A DNA stretch of 64,000 nt from IMG/VR virus record IMGVR_UViG_3300046373_000069, positions 29,610 through 93,609 of that record, one strand, 5' to 3'. The translations under genes were made by a program, and so were the position numbers. The notes beneath the pieces were generated by a model. It was not told the DNA's origin, did not search any database, and was given only the letters and a program-made list of their open reading frames with translations. Shown here piece by piece: positions 49,238-58,033 of the stretch. Numbering within the stretch: the stretch's first letter is position 1; each line of letters opens with the position of its first letter. The DNA is from a virus.

Positions 49238-51307
49238 TTATTGTATCACAAGTTTTTCGGCTTCAGCTACGTAATATTCGTAGTCGATATCACCAACATA
49301 ATCTTCAATGTCGTTACAAGGCTTCACCTTCCAAGCACTGTCAATCGACAACCTCCGCAGTTCACCACCCAGTTCAAGTGGTGGCATGATCTTCACCAAC
49401 TTACCACCAGACTTGCACGGATAGTATCGACAGATGTTTTGCAGCGTAACCTCCATGCCATCATCCTGCACAAGTACCAGACTGCTGCTACGAGGAACCT
49501 TTGTGCGCAACAGGAAGTCAAACTTCTCAGTGTGGTTCATAATAAACTCACGAACGTCTGTACCATACAACATCTTAGCTTCTGCTGCCATCGGAATAAC
49601 TAACGAAGAGTGGTTTTTGTGCCAGCCCAAATCCTTGTACTCGTAGGCACCTTTGTTCTTTGTTTTACCGTCTGTGTATAGAGCGATGTAGTTGTTCACG
49701 TCACGAATAAACATCTTATCGTAGTCAGCAAACTCCAATTGCAATCCAACTTGCTTCTCCCAAGATTGACAGATGGCGTCGTATTGCTCCTTTGCCCCAC
49801 GAGGTAATGCCACAGTCACACCATCAGTATTTACCTGAATCAGTTTCAAGTTCTCAATCTCAAGCAACTGCTCAGCGAGCAGACACAGGGAAAGCTGCCC
49901 GTTGATAGTAATTGCCATCGTGTACTTCGGATCGTAGAACGGACTGTACTGGTTGTTACTGTCACCGTACACACCATTCAGAGCCAACTTCAACATTGCG
50001 TTCTCGGCGGTTTTCTTACCATACGACTTTCGCTGCTCGTACACGTCCTTGTAAATCTCACAAAAACGCTTTGAGAGGTGTTCAGGGTACACACTGTTAG
50101 CAATTGCAATGTTTGGGTACATAGAGCTAACGTCTGCGTCAATAATCTGATACGCTTTCGTCTGCCGTGCGATCTTACTTGACAAGCTGCCGTGAATTCC
50201 TCCCGTGCCGAAGTCAAATCGGAATCCATCAATTACAACGTTTAAGTTCTCAGCAACACGCCAGCATGCCCAGTAGGAATACTGAGGAACGCCCTTCTTT
50301 TTGGCCTTCAACTCCACCTTGTCAAACCACCCACAAGGATGTTCACGTTTAAACTGGTCGTATTCGGTTCTGGTGGGTTCTGCTTTCCACTTCTTCTTCT
50401 TGACAACCATTTCAGCGTACTTGGCAACGTCATCAAGCTTGTGTTCTTCAATGTCGTTGAAAACCCCCTTCGTTTCGCGGATAACCTGTTTTGCAAGCCA
50501 ATCCTTCACTGCGATGAATTCAGGGCGTTTGAAGGTGTAGTAGTCGAACAGGCATTCCTTAATACGGATAACGTCACGCTTAGTCTGATTGAGTTTGCGC
50601 TTTCCGTCAACCATTTTATACACGGGAATTCGGGATTCCTCCAACTCCATGATAAAATAGTCCTTGCCAATCTTAGTATCATTGTGATTCATAAAGTCGC
50701 GCTGATACTTGGCAGTAAGCTGTTCACGAAACTCCACTTGACTAATACTGTGATTGTAGAATGCAAGCGTCATCTTAACATCGTGTGCGTTGTACTTCTT
50801 CAGCACTTCGATTTGGTCAGACTTCAATTCCATTCCGACAGGGAAAGGCAAATCTTCGATGTTCTTCTCTCGCATATTAAATTCGAGCATCTTCAAACTG
50901 GTCATCTTCGCTTTGTTGTCGAAGTGGTGAATCTTGAAGAGGTCGATCTGCTTCACGTAACGATCTTCTGTTTTTACAGTATTAGCGAAGTCACCCTTCA
51001 TGCTTTCGATTTGTTCTTGAGCAAACTTATAGACCCTTCGAGCAATCGTTTCGCCTTTGACTGGCAGTTTGTCACGTAAAGCAAGCAGCTTGTGCAATAC
51101 CGGATAGTCAAAATTGTTTCCGTTGAACGTAACCATAAAATCGCCCTCGTTGTGAAGGTAGTCCAGACAAGCGAAAACTCGGTGAATTTCGTTCTTGTAC
51201 GGACTCACTTCAAACGTGTTCGGAAACTTGCCGTCTGCACGGATGATGCTGAAAGTGAACGTGTTTGGAAAAGTCTCGATGTCAACAATCCATTTGGCAC
51301 CTGCCAT
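49238..51307 (-). CDS. DNA polymerase, family B
   Basis: Exonuclease motifs DIET, FNGNNFD, YNAHDV; polymerase motifs DVSSMYP, KLALNGVYG, NTDG. Confidence 0.9.
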   Translation of the reverse strand: MAGAKWIVDIETFPNTFTFSIIRADGKFPNTFEVSPYKNEIHRVFACLDYLHNEGDFMVTFNGNNFDYPVLHKLLALRDKLPVKGETIARRVYKFAQEQIESMKGDFANTVKTEDRYVKQIDLFKIHHFDNKAKMTSLKMLEFNMREKNIEDLPFPVGMELKSDQIEVLKKYNAHDVKMTLAFYNHSISQVEFREQLTAKYQRDFMNHNDTKIGKDYFIMELEESRIPVYKMVDGKRKLNQTKRDVIRIKECLFDYYTFKRPEFIAVKDWLAKQVIRETKGVFNDIEEHKLDDVAKYAEMVVKKKKWKAEPTRTEYDQFKREHPCGWFDKVELKAKKKGVPQYSYWACWRVAENLNVVIDGFRFDFGTGGIHGSLSSKIARQTKAYQIIDADVSSMYPNIAIANSVYPEHLSKRFCEIYKDVYEQRKSYGKKTAENAMLKLALNGVYGDSNNQYSPFYDPKYTMAITINGQLSLCLLAEQLLEIENLKLIQVNTDGVTVALPRGAKEQYDAICQSWEKQVGLQLEFADYDKMFIRDVNNYIALYTDGKTKNKGAYEYKDLGWHKNHSSLVIPMAAEAKMLYGTDVREFIMNHTEKFDFLLRTKVPRSSSLVLVQDDGMEVTLQNICRYYPCKSGGKLVKIMPPLELGGELRRLSIDSAWKVKPCNDIEDYVGDIDYEYYVAEAEKLVIQ

Positions 51308-51869
51308 TCTTAATCCCTTCGATAAATTTATTACAGATGACTAACATTTCTTCGTCAGAGACTTCTCCGCGCATCATGTTCACTTGCCAGATAACAAATC
51401 GCACATTGTCTTTGGTGTAGTCCTTAGTAGAGTCAACCCGATCAATACTCGGAGAGTAGGGATTCTTTGAATAAACAGGGTGTTGCGAGAAGTCAAAAGG
51501 TATCCCGGTAACTTCACAGTTCCCTAAACTGATTCTACTTTCAATCCAGTCGGCTGTGATGTCGAAATTCTCCGTATCCACAACCCTTCGACTTGCACCC
51601 TTGAAAAGTGTCTTTGCACGACCTGCGACACTCTCATAGAACTTCTCACTACACTTCTTAGCAGCTTCAGCAACCGTCGGGTTCTTACGGCGTTCGTTAT
51701 TGTAAGCTCTCTTCGCATCTCTAACGTCAGCCCTCTTGTGACGTTCTCTATTGTACGCAAGAACACAAGATTTACAACTTGGATGAAGTCTATTATAACC
51801 TTCTTTTCGCTCAACAATGTAAAAATCTTCGTCAGAAAGCTTTTCTTTACAGGTTTTACAGACCTTCAT
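51282..51869 (-). mobile_element. HNH-like homing endonuclease
   Basis: MKVCKTC...CKSC, CEVTG, PSIDRVDSTKDYTKDNVR...N; RBS GGAGG before ATG 51869. Confidence 0.8.
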
Positions 51870-52053
51870 CAAGGGCCTCCATGTCTTCCAGAAGCTTCCG
51901 CTGTTTAGCAATAACCCTTGCCTTCTTAATCTTCACAACAACCTCCGTATTACCCTTCTTCTGGTAGTACATCAGTTGTTGTGTGATTGCCTGTGTGCTT
52001 TTACGCAGAACGTGCTCGACCAATTCTTCTACAGTACACTCTTGATAGTTCAT
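51856..52053 (-). CDS. 65-aa helical protein, paralog A (see 59207..59398)
   Basis: MNYQECTVEELVEHV...YYQKK...KIKKAR; RBS GGAG; own promoter. Confidence 0.75.
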   Translation of the reverse strand: MNYQECTVEELVEHVLRKSTQAITQQLMYYQKKGNTEVVVKIKKARVIAKQRKLLEDMEALDEGL

Positions 52054-52076
52054 GTTATTGCTCCAGTTAAAGAACA

Positions 52077-52105
52077 ATTATAGCATGAACATTGCCGGAA
52101 GTCAA
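52077..52105 (-). promoter_or_regulatory. Sigma70 promoter of the paralog A-HNH-polymerase operon
   Basis: TTGACT-17 bp-TATAAT with extended -10 TG. Confidence 0.8.
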
Positions 52106-52230
52106 GCTTTATTTACGCTACACAATAAACTATTTCCTACCATCCAACAACAAACACAAGAAGCCGATCACAAAGTACATGAAAGGTGTATCGAGAGCAA
52201 TCCCTGCAAAGAATGCGAACAAGGCCACCA

Positions 52231-52715
52231 TTACGCGCTCCAATCCTCAGTGATTTCCGTCCAAACAGCTTCATCAAGCTGCTCCTGATGCCAATCTTTG
52301 CTTCGGCCTACCAACTCACAAGAGCCACCGTAATATCCATTACTGCTGTTACGGTAGATAATCTCGATAAATCCGTACTTCTCCCACTTGATATGGTATC
52401 CATAGACCTGCTCACACTCTTGTCGAGTGCGACCGTTCGGCGCAGGTGGCCGCCTTCCAGCAGGGCGCGGTGCCGATCTTCCTGATCAGCCATCTGATTC
52501 ACCACTGCTGGCATCTCAAGCTCGCGCACCTCCGTTACCAAGCCCCTGCCAGAATGCCCGTAGTAGCCGAACAGAATATCCGCAAACCAACTCTCCGAGC
52601 AGCAATCACCCGCTGCGTAGTAGACAACCTCCCCAGCGTCCGTGGCAAATTTCAAGAAGTGCTGATCCTCATTTACGAAGATGCCCTTAATAGTTTTTCC
52701 GATCAGTTCTTTCAT
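52231..52715 (-). pseudogene. Phage protein (DCCSESW...RNSSNGYYGG type) frameshifted by a GC-rich insert
   Basis: N-half in one frame; C-half NGRTRQECEQVYGY...RNSSNGYYGG...WSA* in another; removing 52438-52484 (47 bp) joins them. Confidence 0.75.
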
Positions 52716-53230
52716 GATTTCTCCGTCAATTGTTCATACCGCTTCAAAAACTCACGTTTAGCCTTCTCCGCACCCCACGCCACAATCCTCTTAGGATACG
52801 GATCAACCCCCGCCCAGTGGCTCTCAATGCCCCTCAAATCCCGATTCTCTGCAAGGAACACTGAGATGTCTGCAAGCTTAATCGAAGGGTGCATCGGGAA
52901 GGGCAGGCCCAGTCGCCCGAACATAAACTTCTCAACACGCTTCTCAAACGCCTTATACTGCGGCAGGAGCGCCTTCAGGGGCGAGTTGATGTCGCTCATC
53001 ACTCCCTCGCTCATGTCGTGCATGAGGGCGCTCAGGGCGTGCTCAGGCTCGACGCAGTAGCTCACCAGTACGCTGTGTTGTGCGACAGAGTAGTGTTTCT
53101 CAGTAGCACCCGTGAACCTGCAAATTCGGCTGACGTTGTGGGCCAAATCTTCAATCGTGTACGTGCTTTGGTCGAAGTCTACGAAATCGAAGCAGCCTCC
53201 TGAGAGCATTGTGATGCGATGCTGGCTCAC
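52712..53230 (-). CDS. HD-domain 5'-deoxynucleotidase-like phosphohydrolase (YfbR/YfdR-like)
   Basis: RFTG...YSVAQHS, LMHDMSE...D...PLK, K.AD...E. Confidence 0.88.
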   Translation of the reverse strand: MSQHRITMLSGGCFDFVDFDQSTYTIEDLAHNVSRICRFTGATEKHYSVAQHSVLVSYCVEPEHALSALMHDMSEGVMSDINSPLKALLPQYKAFEKRVEKFMFGRLGLPFPMHPSIKLADISVFLAENRDLRGIESHWAGVDPYPKRIVAWGAEKAKREFLKRYEQLTEKS

Positions 53231-53454
53231 TTCAGATTCCCCATCTCTCGCTTCAAAGCTTTCTGAAGTTTCTCAAGGCGAGCAATCTTATTGCGAAACT
53301 TTACCACCCAATAATGAGACTCTGCTGCTTCTTCTACGTTACCTGCCTTGGAGTACTCTGAGCGCTCATCCTTACGAATACGTAGAAAGACGTGCCACGA
53401 ATGCAGAGTTTTGCGGTTGTGTGCTAGCTGAGACTGGATTTCCGAAAGAACCAT
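53227..53454 (-). CDS. Hypothetical coiled-coil protein
   Basis: 75 aa; RBS GAGGA. Confidence 0.55.
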   Translation of the reverse strand: MVLSEIQSQLAHNRKTLHSWHVFLRIRKDERSEYSKAGNVEEAAESHYWVVKFRNKIARLEKLQKALKREMGNLK

Positions 53455-53780
53455 TTCAATTTCCTCTTTAGTTTGTTCCGTGCTTTGTGATTGAATACCT
53501 TCTTAATCCTGTCGGTATCCTCTTCAAACCTGTAAGCAAGGGTAAACTTCTCACGAGCCTTGGTAAATGGCTCGTACACCCACACGTTGTCCACTTTGTA
53601 TGTTGCCACTTCAAGCAGCAGGTTCGGCTGAGGCACGTTCCACAACACAGGCTTACGAGAGCCACTTGGAGGACTCTTGCACACAGTCCCTTTCTTCGTA
53701 ATCAGAATACCAGAGCCGTCCTCGAACGACACAAGCTCCCCAGTATTCTTATCACGCCAGCGATACCTGATGGGCACCAT
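53424..53780 (-). CDS. Hypothetical protein
   Basis: 118-aa ORF in the operon. Confidence 0.5.
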   Translation of the reverse strand: MVPIRYRWRDKNTGELVSFEDGSGILITKKGTVCKSPPSGSRKPVLWNVPQPNLLLEVATYKVDNVWVYEPFTKAREKFTLAYRFEEDTDRIKKVFNHKARNKLKRKLKWFFRKSSLS

Positions 53781-53782
53781 AA

Positions 53783-53968
53783 TCAGCCCTTTGACTTCTC
53801 TCGTATGTTGAGCATCACATCTGCAATAGCGTATGCTCCGTAGGCCATTGCCGTGATGTCCTCGATAGCTTCGTCAAGAGCTCCTTGGTCGTCAATTGTT
53901 CGTAGGGCATAGGTCGTGCCACGGATGTAAGTAAGAGCTTTGAAGGCGAATTCATCGCGAATATCCAT
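53783..53968 (-). CDS. Small phage protein (RDEFA..AL...AY.IAD.ML type)
   Basis: Motif common in phage ORFs; RBS AGGAG. Confidence 0.65.
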   Translation of the reverse strand: MDIRDEFAFKALTYIRGTTYALRTIDDQGALDEAIEDITAMAYGAYAIADVMLNIREKSKG

Positions 53969-53996
53969 TTGTTTCTCCTAGTTAGTTAATGCAGCC

Positions 53997-54026
53997 ATTG
54001 TACAGAAGATTTGTAGCGGCTGTCAA
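53997..54026 (-). promoter_or_regulatory. Sigma70 promoter
   Basis: TTGACA-18 bp-TACAAT. Confidence 0.7.
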
Positions 54027-54033
54027 GCGTTTG

Positions 54034-54617
54034 CTACTTCCCGTGTCGATCAGTGTAAGTCAAGCCTTCTTCGACAAGCCTTGCCATCTGCGCTTCACGG
54101 TAGTCGCAAGCCATCTTGAATGCCACTTCCTCGCCATACTTCTTCATACTAAAACTCTTAGCGCCAATCTTCTGGTCTGCCTCACGCCAAGTGGCAACGT
54201 AGTAGAACACTCCGGGACACTTTTCGTTAACATGCACACCAGTGACTCCTGTGTGGTTATTACCGTACTTGGCCTTGTTCTTGCCGTTGAGGTAGTCAGT
54301 CGAAGGAATCAGGTTAGTAATCTTGTTGTTTGTGTTATCGCCGTCCTCATGGTCGAAAATCACATCCTCCAAAGGCTTCTCCGGGTGGTGCAAGGCGTAC
54401 ACGATACGATGTACCTTAATCCCACGACTGAAGTACTTGACCGTCCAGTATCCGTCTTTACGGAGATGCCCTGCGACATCTCCTGCACTCACAACCAATC
54501 TACCGTTCCCTTCACAGTGCCTCGTAACCTTCCAGCGCAGACAACTTGGACTCGTTTCATCGTAATAAAATAGTCTGCAATGTCATCTGGAAGTGGTTTA
54601 GCAGGTGCCCTAGCCAT
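54034..54617 (-). pseudogene. HNH-AP2 homing endonuclease with a 1-nt frameshift near codon 17
   Basis: ATG 54617 overlaps the primase stop and reads MARAPAKPLPDDIADYF; the conserved YYDETSPSCLRW...VHRIV...DHEDGD..NNKITNL...YTDRHG continues in the -1 frame. Confidence 0.75.
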
Positions 54618-56275
54618 TAGAACTCATGCCCCATTTCATCAGCAAGAATCACCTGCCAAGTGTCCTCATCAATACTGAACTCATCACATACACCCAGATA
54701 GCTCCACGGACGGTTTTTAAGAACAGTAAGACGCACGTTACCCCTGCTACGGTCAGGCATAATCTGCGGTTCAAGACCAATGATAATCCAGCTAAGTTGC
54801 TCCAGTGCCGCGCTGCCGCGCATCATTTCCTTGGCGACCTTAACCCAGTACGGCTCGTCTTCCTTGCCTTTAGGTGGCGTAAACATCTTACCGTCGCCAC
54901 GATTGATGTGTGAGATAGCAATAATACAGACATCGTTAGCAGCACAGAATGCAGCAAGCTCAGTCATCACCATGTCCAGTTCTTTTCGCTCGTTAGCGAT
55001 ATCTGATCCGCTGATAACGACACTCAAGTGGTCGATGATAATAAACTTGCATTTCTCTACAAGGTGCATATGCTTCACTTTGCTCATAAGCTCAGTGATA
55101 GGCAAGCTACCGAAGTGTCCCAACATAACAAGCTTGTCATCTTCGACAATACTATTACGTGCCGCTGCAATCTCCTCCATAGTGGCACAGCTAAGCGGGT
55201 CATTCTTGAACTTGTTGTAGTTCACCTTCAGCTTGGAAGCGACGATACGTTGCATAGTCTCAACGTTGTTCTCCTCCAAATAAATCATACCCGTGCGTTC
55301 GCCAGCCTCAATAAAGCCGTTTGCAAAAATAGAGGTAACACTACTCTTGCCAACACCGGATGGGCTAGTCAGCAGTACCAGCTCACCGCCTCGGAAGCCG
55401 TGTATCTTCTCCATAAGCTTAGGGAAGCAGCTAATAATAAGCCCAGTAATGCGCTTACGCACCAAATCATCAAGGCTGATATCGGATGCCTTAACAATTT
55501 TCTCAGCACTGTATGCGCGCTTGCCGAATTGCACAAGCTTCGCAAGCTCCTCAGTTTTACCTGCTTGCAACATATCTGATGCGTCTTTGAAGTCACCCTC
55601 AGTAGATACGACAAACAGACTTAAATTGCTTCCCATCAGAGCACTCGCAACAGCTTCACGAGCCTCGTGCCCCTTCATGATGTTCTTTGCCTTCTCCGCT
55701 GGAGTGCAATAGTCGTCATCAAAGAACAGGCACAAGGAATCGAAGGATGTCACAAATTCATTGTTGTGCAGAGTGGCCTCAACAGCATTAGCCGTGCCCA
55801 TCGGCAAGCTTGCCACGAACGGCTCCATGCCAGCAAACTTGGTGCCTTTCACTTGATCCACCATAGCCTGATAGCACGACATCGTATCAAGCTCACCTTC
55901 CGTGTAGACAAGCGTGTTACGTTTACGTTGGACACCCTCTGCCACATCCTGCCCAAACAGCTTATTGGAAATAGTGACAGCACCCACTGTAGACCAATGA
56001 TACTTCTCACTCTTATCTTTGGTGAGGTCCATCTTCTTATAACCAGTGATTTTACCCTTCTGGTTAATCGAGGGGAAATACAGCGCCTCGACAGTGCGAC
56101 CATCCGTCTCACTAATCCCTGCACGCACGCCAAACTTCTCGCACGTTTCCTTCGTAATGTTCCGCGATGGGATGTCCTTAAAAGGATACTCACCGATGTC
56201 AGCAAGCGTTTCCTTCGGGACGTATTTTGGCTCATCTGATTTCATGCTGTTCCCTTTGTATTTTTCGTATCCCAA
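54617..56275 (-). CDS. Primase-helicase (TOPRIM plus DnaB-like)
   Basis: LFGQ, TEGELD, FDDD, KDASD; Walker A SPSGVGKS; IIIDHL; RGS..LEQLS; LKNR. Confidence 0.92.
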   Translation of the reverse strand: MGYEKYKGNSMKSDEPKYVPKETLADIGEYPFKDIPSRNITKETCEKFGVRAGISETDGRTVEALYFPSINQKGKITGYKKMDLTKDKSEKYHWSTVGAVTISNKLFGQDVAEGVQRKRNTLVYTEGELDTMSCYQAMVDQVKGTKFAGMEPFVASLPMGTANAVEATLHNNEFVTSFDSLCLFFDDDYCTPAEKAKNIMKGHEAREAVASALMGSNLSLFVVSTEGDFKDASDMLQAGKTEELAKLVQFGKRAYSAEKIVKASDISLDDLVRKRITGLIISCFPKLMEKIHGFRGGELVLLTSPSGVGKSSVTSIFANGFIEAGERTGMIYLEENNVETMQRIVASKLKVNYNKFKNDPLSCATMEEIAAARNSIVEDDKLVMLGHFGSLPITELMSKVKHMHLVEKCKFIIIDHLSVVISGSDIANERKELDMVMTELAAFCAANDVCIIAISHINRGDGKMFTPPKGKEDEPYWVKVAKEMMRGSAALEQLSWIIIGLEPQIMPDRSRGNVRLTVLKNRPWSYLGVCDEFSIDEDTWQVILADEMGHEF

Positions 56276-56283
56276 GCTTCCCC

Positions 56284-56469
56284 CTACTTAACCAAAACTT
56301 CCACATTCAAATGCGCAAGCAACTCATACAATTCCTGCACAGTGTCTTTAGCATAATCTTCGTCGTAGCACGTAAAGAACGCCACTTCGCGGTCCTCTTT
56401 AGGAAGCGTGAACATTCCAGCCTTTTGCACCACCTTCACGCAATTGCCGAAACGTTGGATGTCTAGCAT
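56284..56469 (-). CDS. Hypothetical protein
   Basis: 61 aa; RBS AGGAG. Confidence 0.5.
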   Translation of the reverse strand: MLDIQRFGNCVKVVQKAGMFTLPKEDREVAFFTCYDEDYAKDTVQELYELLAHLNVEVLVK

Positions 56470-56500
56470 GTCTTCTCCTAAGCCAAAAAGTTATCCTCAC

Positions 56501-56926
56501 TTACGCCAGAAAATGATATCCCACACCAACCTTCAGCGCCGCCTCTTCCGAGCTAAGCATCACGTCAGTTGTGCCGATGACACCTTCGCAATCATACCTC
56601 ACCCTTACCCACCAGCGCCCATACACATAAACTGGCTTACCAAGCACTTCCGTCACGTAGCAGTCGATGAGGTTCGTAGACGCCAGCGCTGCAACCCAAT
56701 CTCGCACTTCGCGGTCTTCAGATGCGATCCCTTGCACAATCTTCAGTAAGTCACGATCAAGCTTTTGGTCACGGTGCAGCTTCACAAGATGCTTCTTAGT
56801 CTCCTTGAAGTCCTTGCGACGGCCTAGCTGCTTGTACCCCTCTGCCCAATAAATGTTCAGGGTGATTTCCGACGCACGCTTTGCCAGTCGGCTTTGGAGG
56901 TTGCTGCACATAGCTTCGTAATTCAT
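56501..56926 (-). CDS. Hypothetical protein
   Basis: Likely ATG 56926 after AAGGA. Confidence 0.55.
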   Translation of the reverse strand: MNYEAMCSNLQSRLAKRASEITLNIYWAEGYKQLGRRKDFKETKKHLVKLHRDQKLDRDLLKIVQGIASEDREVRDWVAALASTNLIDCYVTEVLGKPVYVYGRWWVRVRYDCEGVIGTTDVMLSSEEAALKVGVGYHFLA

Positions 56927-57141
56927 TTTGGTTCCTTTGCTTTGAAGAAGGGTTTGTTCAGCCAGCTTGCGAAGAAGATTACATAGATCAAAGTTAACGC
57001 TAACGAAAATCCGCCAAACGCACATACCCAGAAAACTTCACGGTTGCTCATATCTGGCTTCGGATCATCAATGTTATGGGCAATCCAAGCCGCCAAGAAC
57101 CCCGACAGCAGCCACAGGGCGATGCAGAGAATAATTGTCAT
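56923..57141 (-). CDS. Small membrane protein
   Basis: Two hydrophobic helices. Confidence 0.55.
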   Translation of the reverse strand: MTIILCIALWLLSGFLAAWIAHNIDDPKPDMSNREVFWVCAFGGFSLALTLIYVIFFASWLNKPFFKAKEPK

Positions 57142-57286
57142 GTCAGTCTCCAAAAAGTGTGCCGATAAGGATCAGTGCGAACAAGACCCCCTACCACCGC
57201 TAGGAGGGTGATGCCGCCAACAGCTGCGAAGATGGTTCCCATTTTGTTTCTCCTAAGTTTGTTACCATTGTTGTGTTAGCGAGGAC

Positions 57287-57315
57287 ATTGTAGAGTGCTT
57301 CTGAGTTGCTTGCAA
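57287..57315 (-). promoter_or_regulatory. Sigma70 promoter upstream of the primase operon
   Basis: TTGCAA-17 bp-TACAAT. Confidence 0.65.
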
Positions 57316-57322
57316 GGATTAT

Positions 57323-58033
57323 TTACGCATGCTCAAGCAGCGCTGCAAGGCTCACTGGGAAGTGTTGCCCCACAATGGTCTTGATACCATCAGCAACAAT
57401 TTGGCTTTCCTCCTGCGTGTGCGAGTCAAGGCGCAGAGAGAGCATCTTATGGAAAGCCTTAAGCGTGCCGCTCCAATACCACTCAGTCATCATGTCCGTA
57501 GGCAGAATAGCCCGTGCCTGTTCTGCACAGATACCCATCTTCAGTAGCTCTTCGTACGCTTCCAGAGCAACCTGAGCGGCGCTAAAGAAGATTCGGTGTG
57601 CAGATGCTTGCGTCATCTCATCAACTTCATCGCCACTACCTTGCTTCACATTCTCAGCGGCCCAACGGAAGTTCATCTCACCAAACTCTGGTTCAGTGTT
57701 GACATAGCGGCGGCTCACCTCGTTCCACGGCATGTACTCATGTTTCACAAGCTGGCGTGCTACGTAGAGCGGGGCCTTAACACGCACTGTAATGAACGTG
57801 TGGTTGAAAGGTGAGTAGTGTTTGTGCTTAGCAAGGTAGTTAATGAGCCGCTTATCACCGGCTGCTAGCACAGGTTCAAAATGTTCGTACCCGCAGTCAG
57901 GGTCATCCATTTCTGGAACACGCTCCCAGTCCCAATCACTCTCTTTGTCGAAGCTTACACGAGCCGACTGGACTACGCTCAAGTCAGTGCCGCAATGGTC
58001 AATATAGTCTACTTTAATATCCGCAATCTTCAT
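57323..58033 (-). CDS. thyX: Flavin-dependent thymidylate synthase
   Basis: SARVSF, HYSPFNH, VARQLVKH...NEVSRRY, EQARAILP, LRLDSHTQEE. Confidence 0.95.
   Translation of the reverse strand: MKIADIKVDYIDHCGTDLSVVQSARVSFDKESDWDWERVPEMDDPDCGYEHFEPVLAAGDKRLINYLAKHKHYSPFNHTFITVRVKAPLYVARQLVKHEYMPWNEVSRRYVNTEPEFGEMNFRWAAENVKQGSGDEVDEMTQASAHRIFFSAAQVALEAYEELLKMGICAEQARAILPTDMMTEWYWSGTLKAFHKMLSLRLDSHTQEESQIVADGIKTIVGQHFPVSLAALLEHA

Noticed and set aside
52712-53230. DatZ / Z-genome system
   Set aside because: No PurZ in the window; the HD protein fits the common phage YfdR-like type
36710-58033. Group I introns or inteins in nrdA, nrdB, pol, primase or thyX
   Set aside because: All are continuous and of normal length; the nucleases are intergenic
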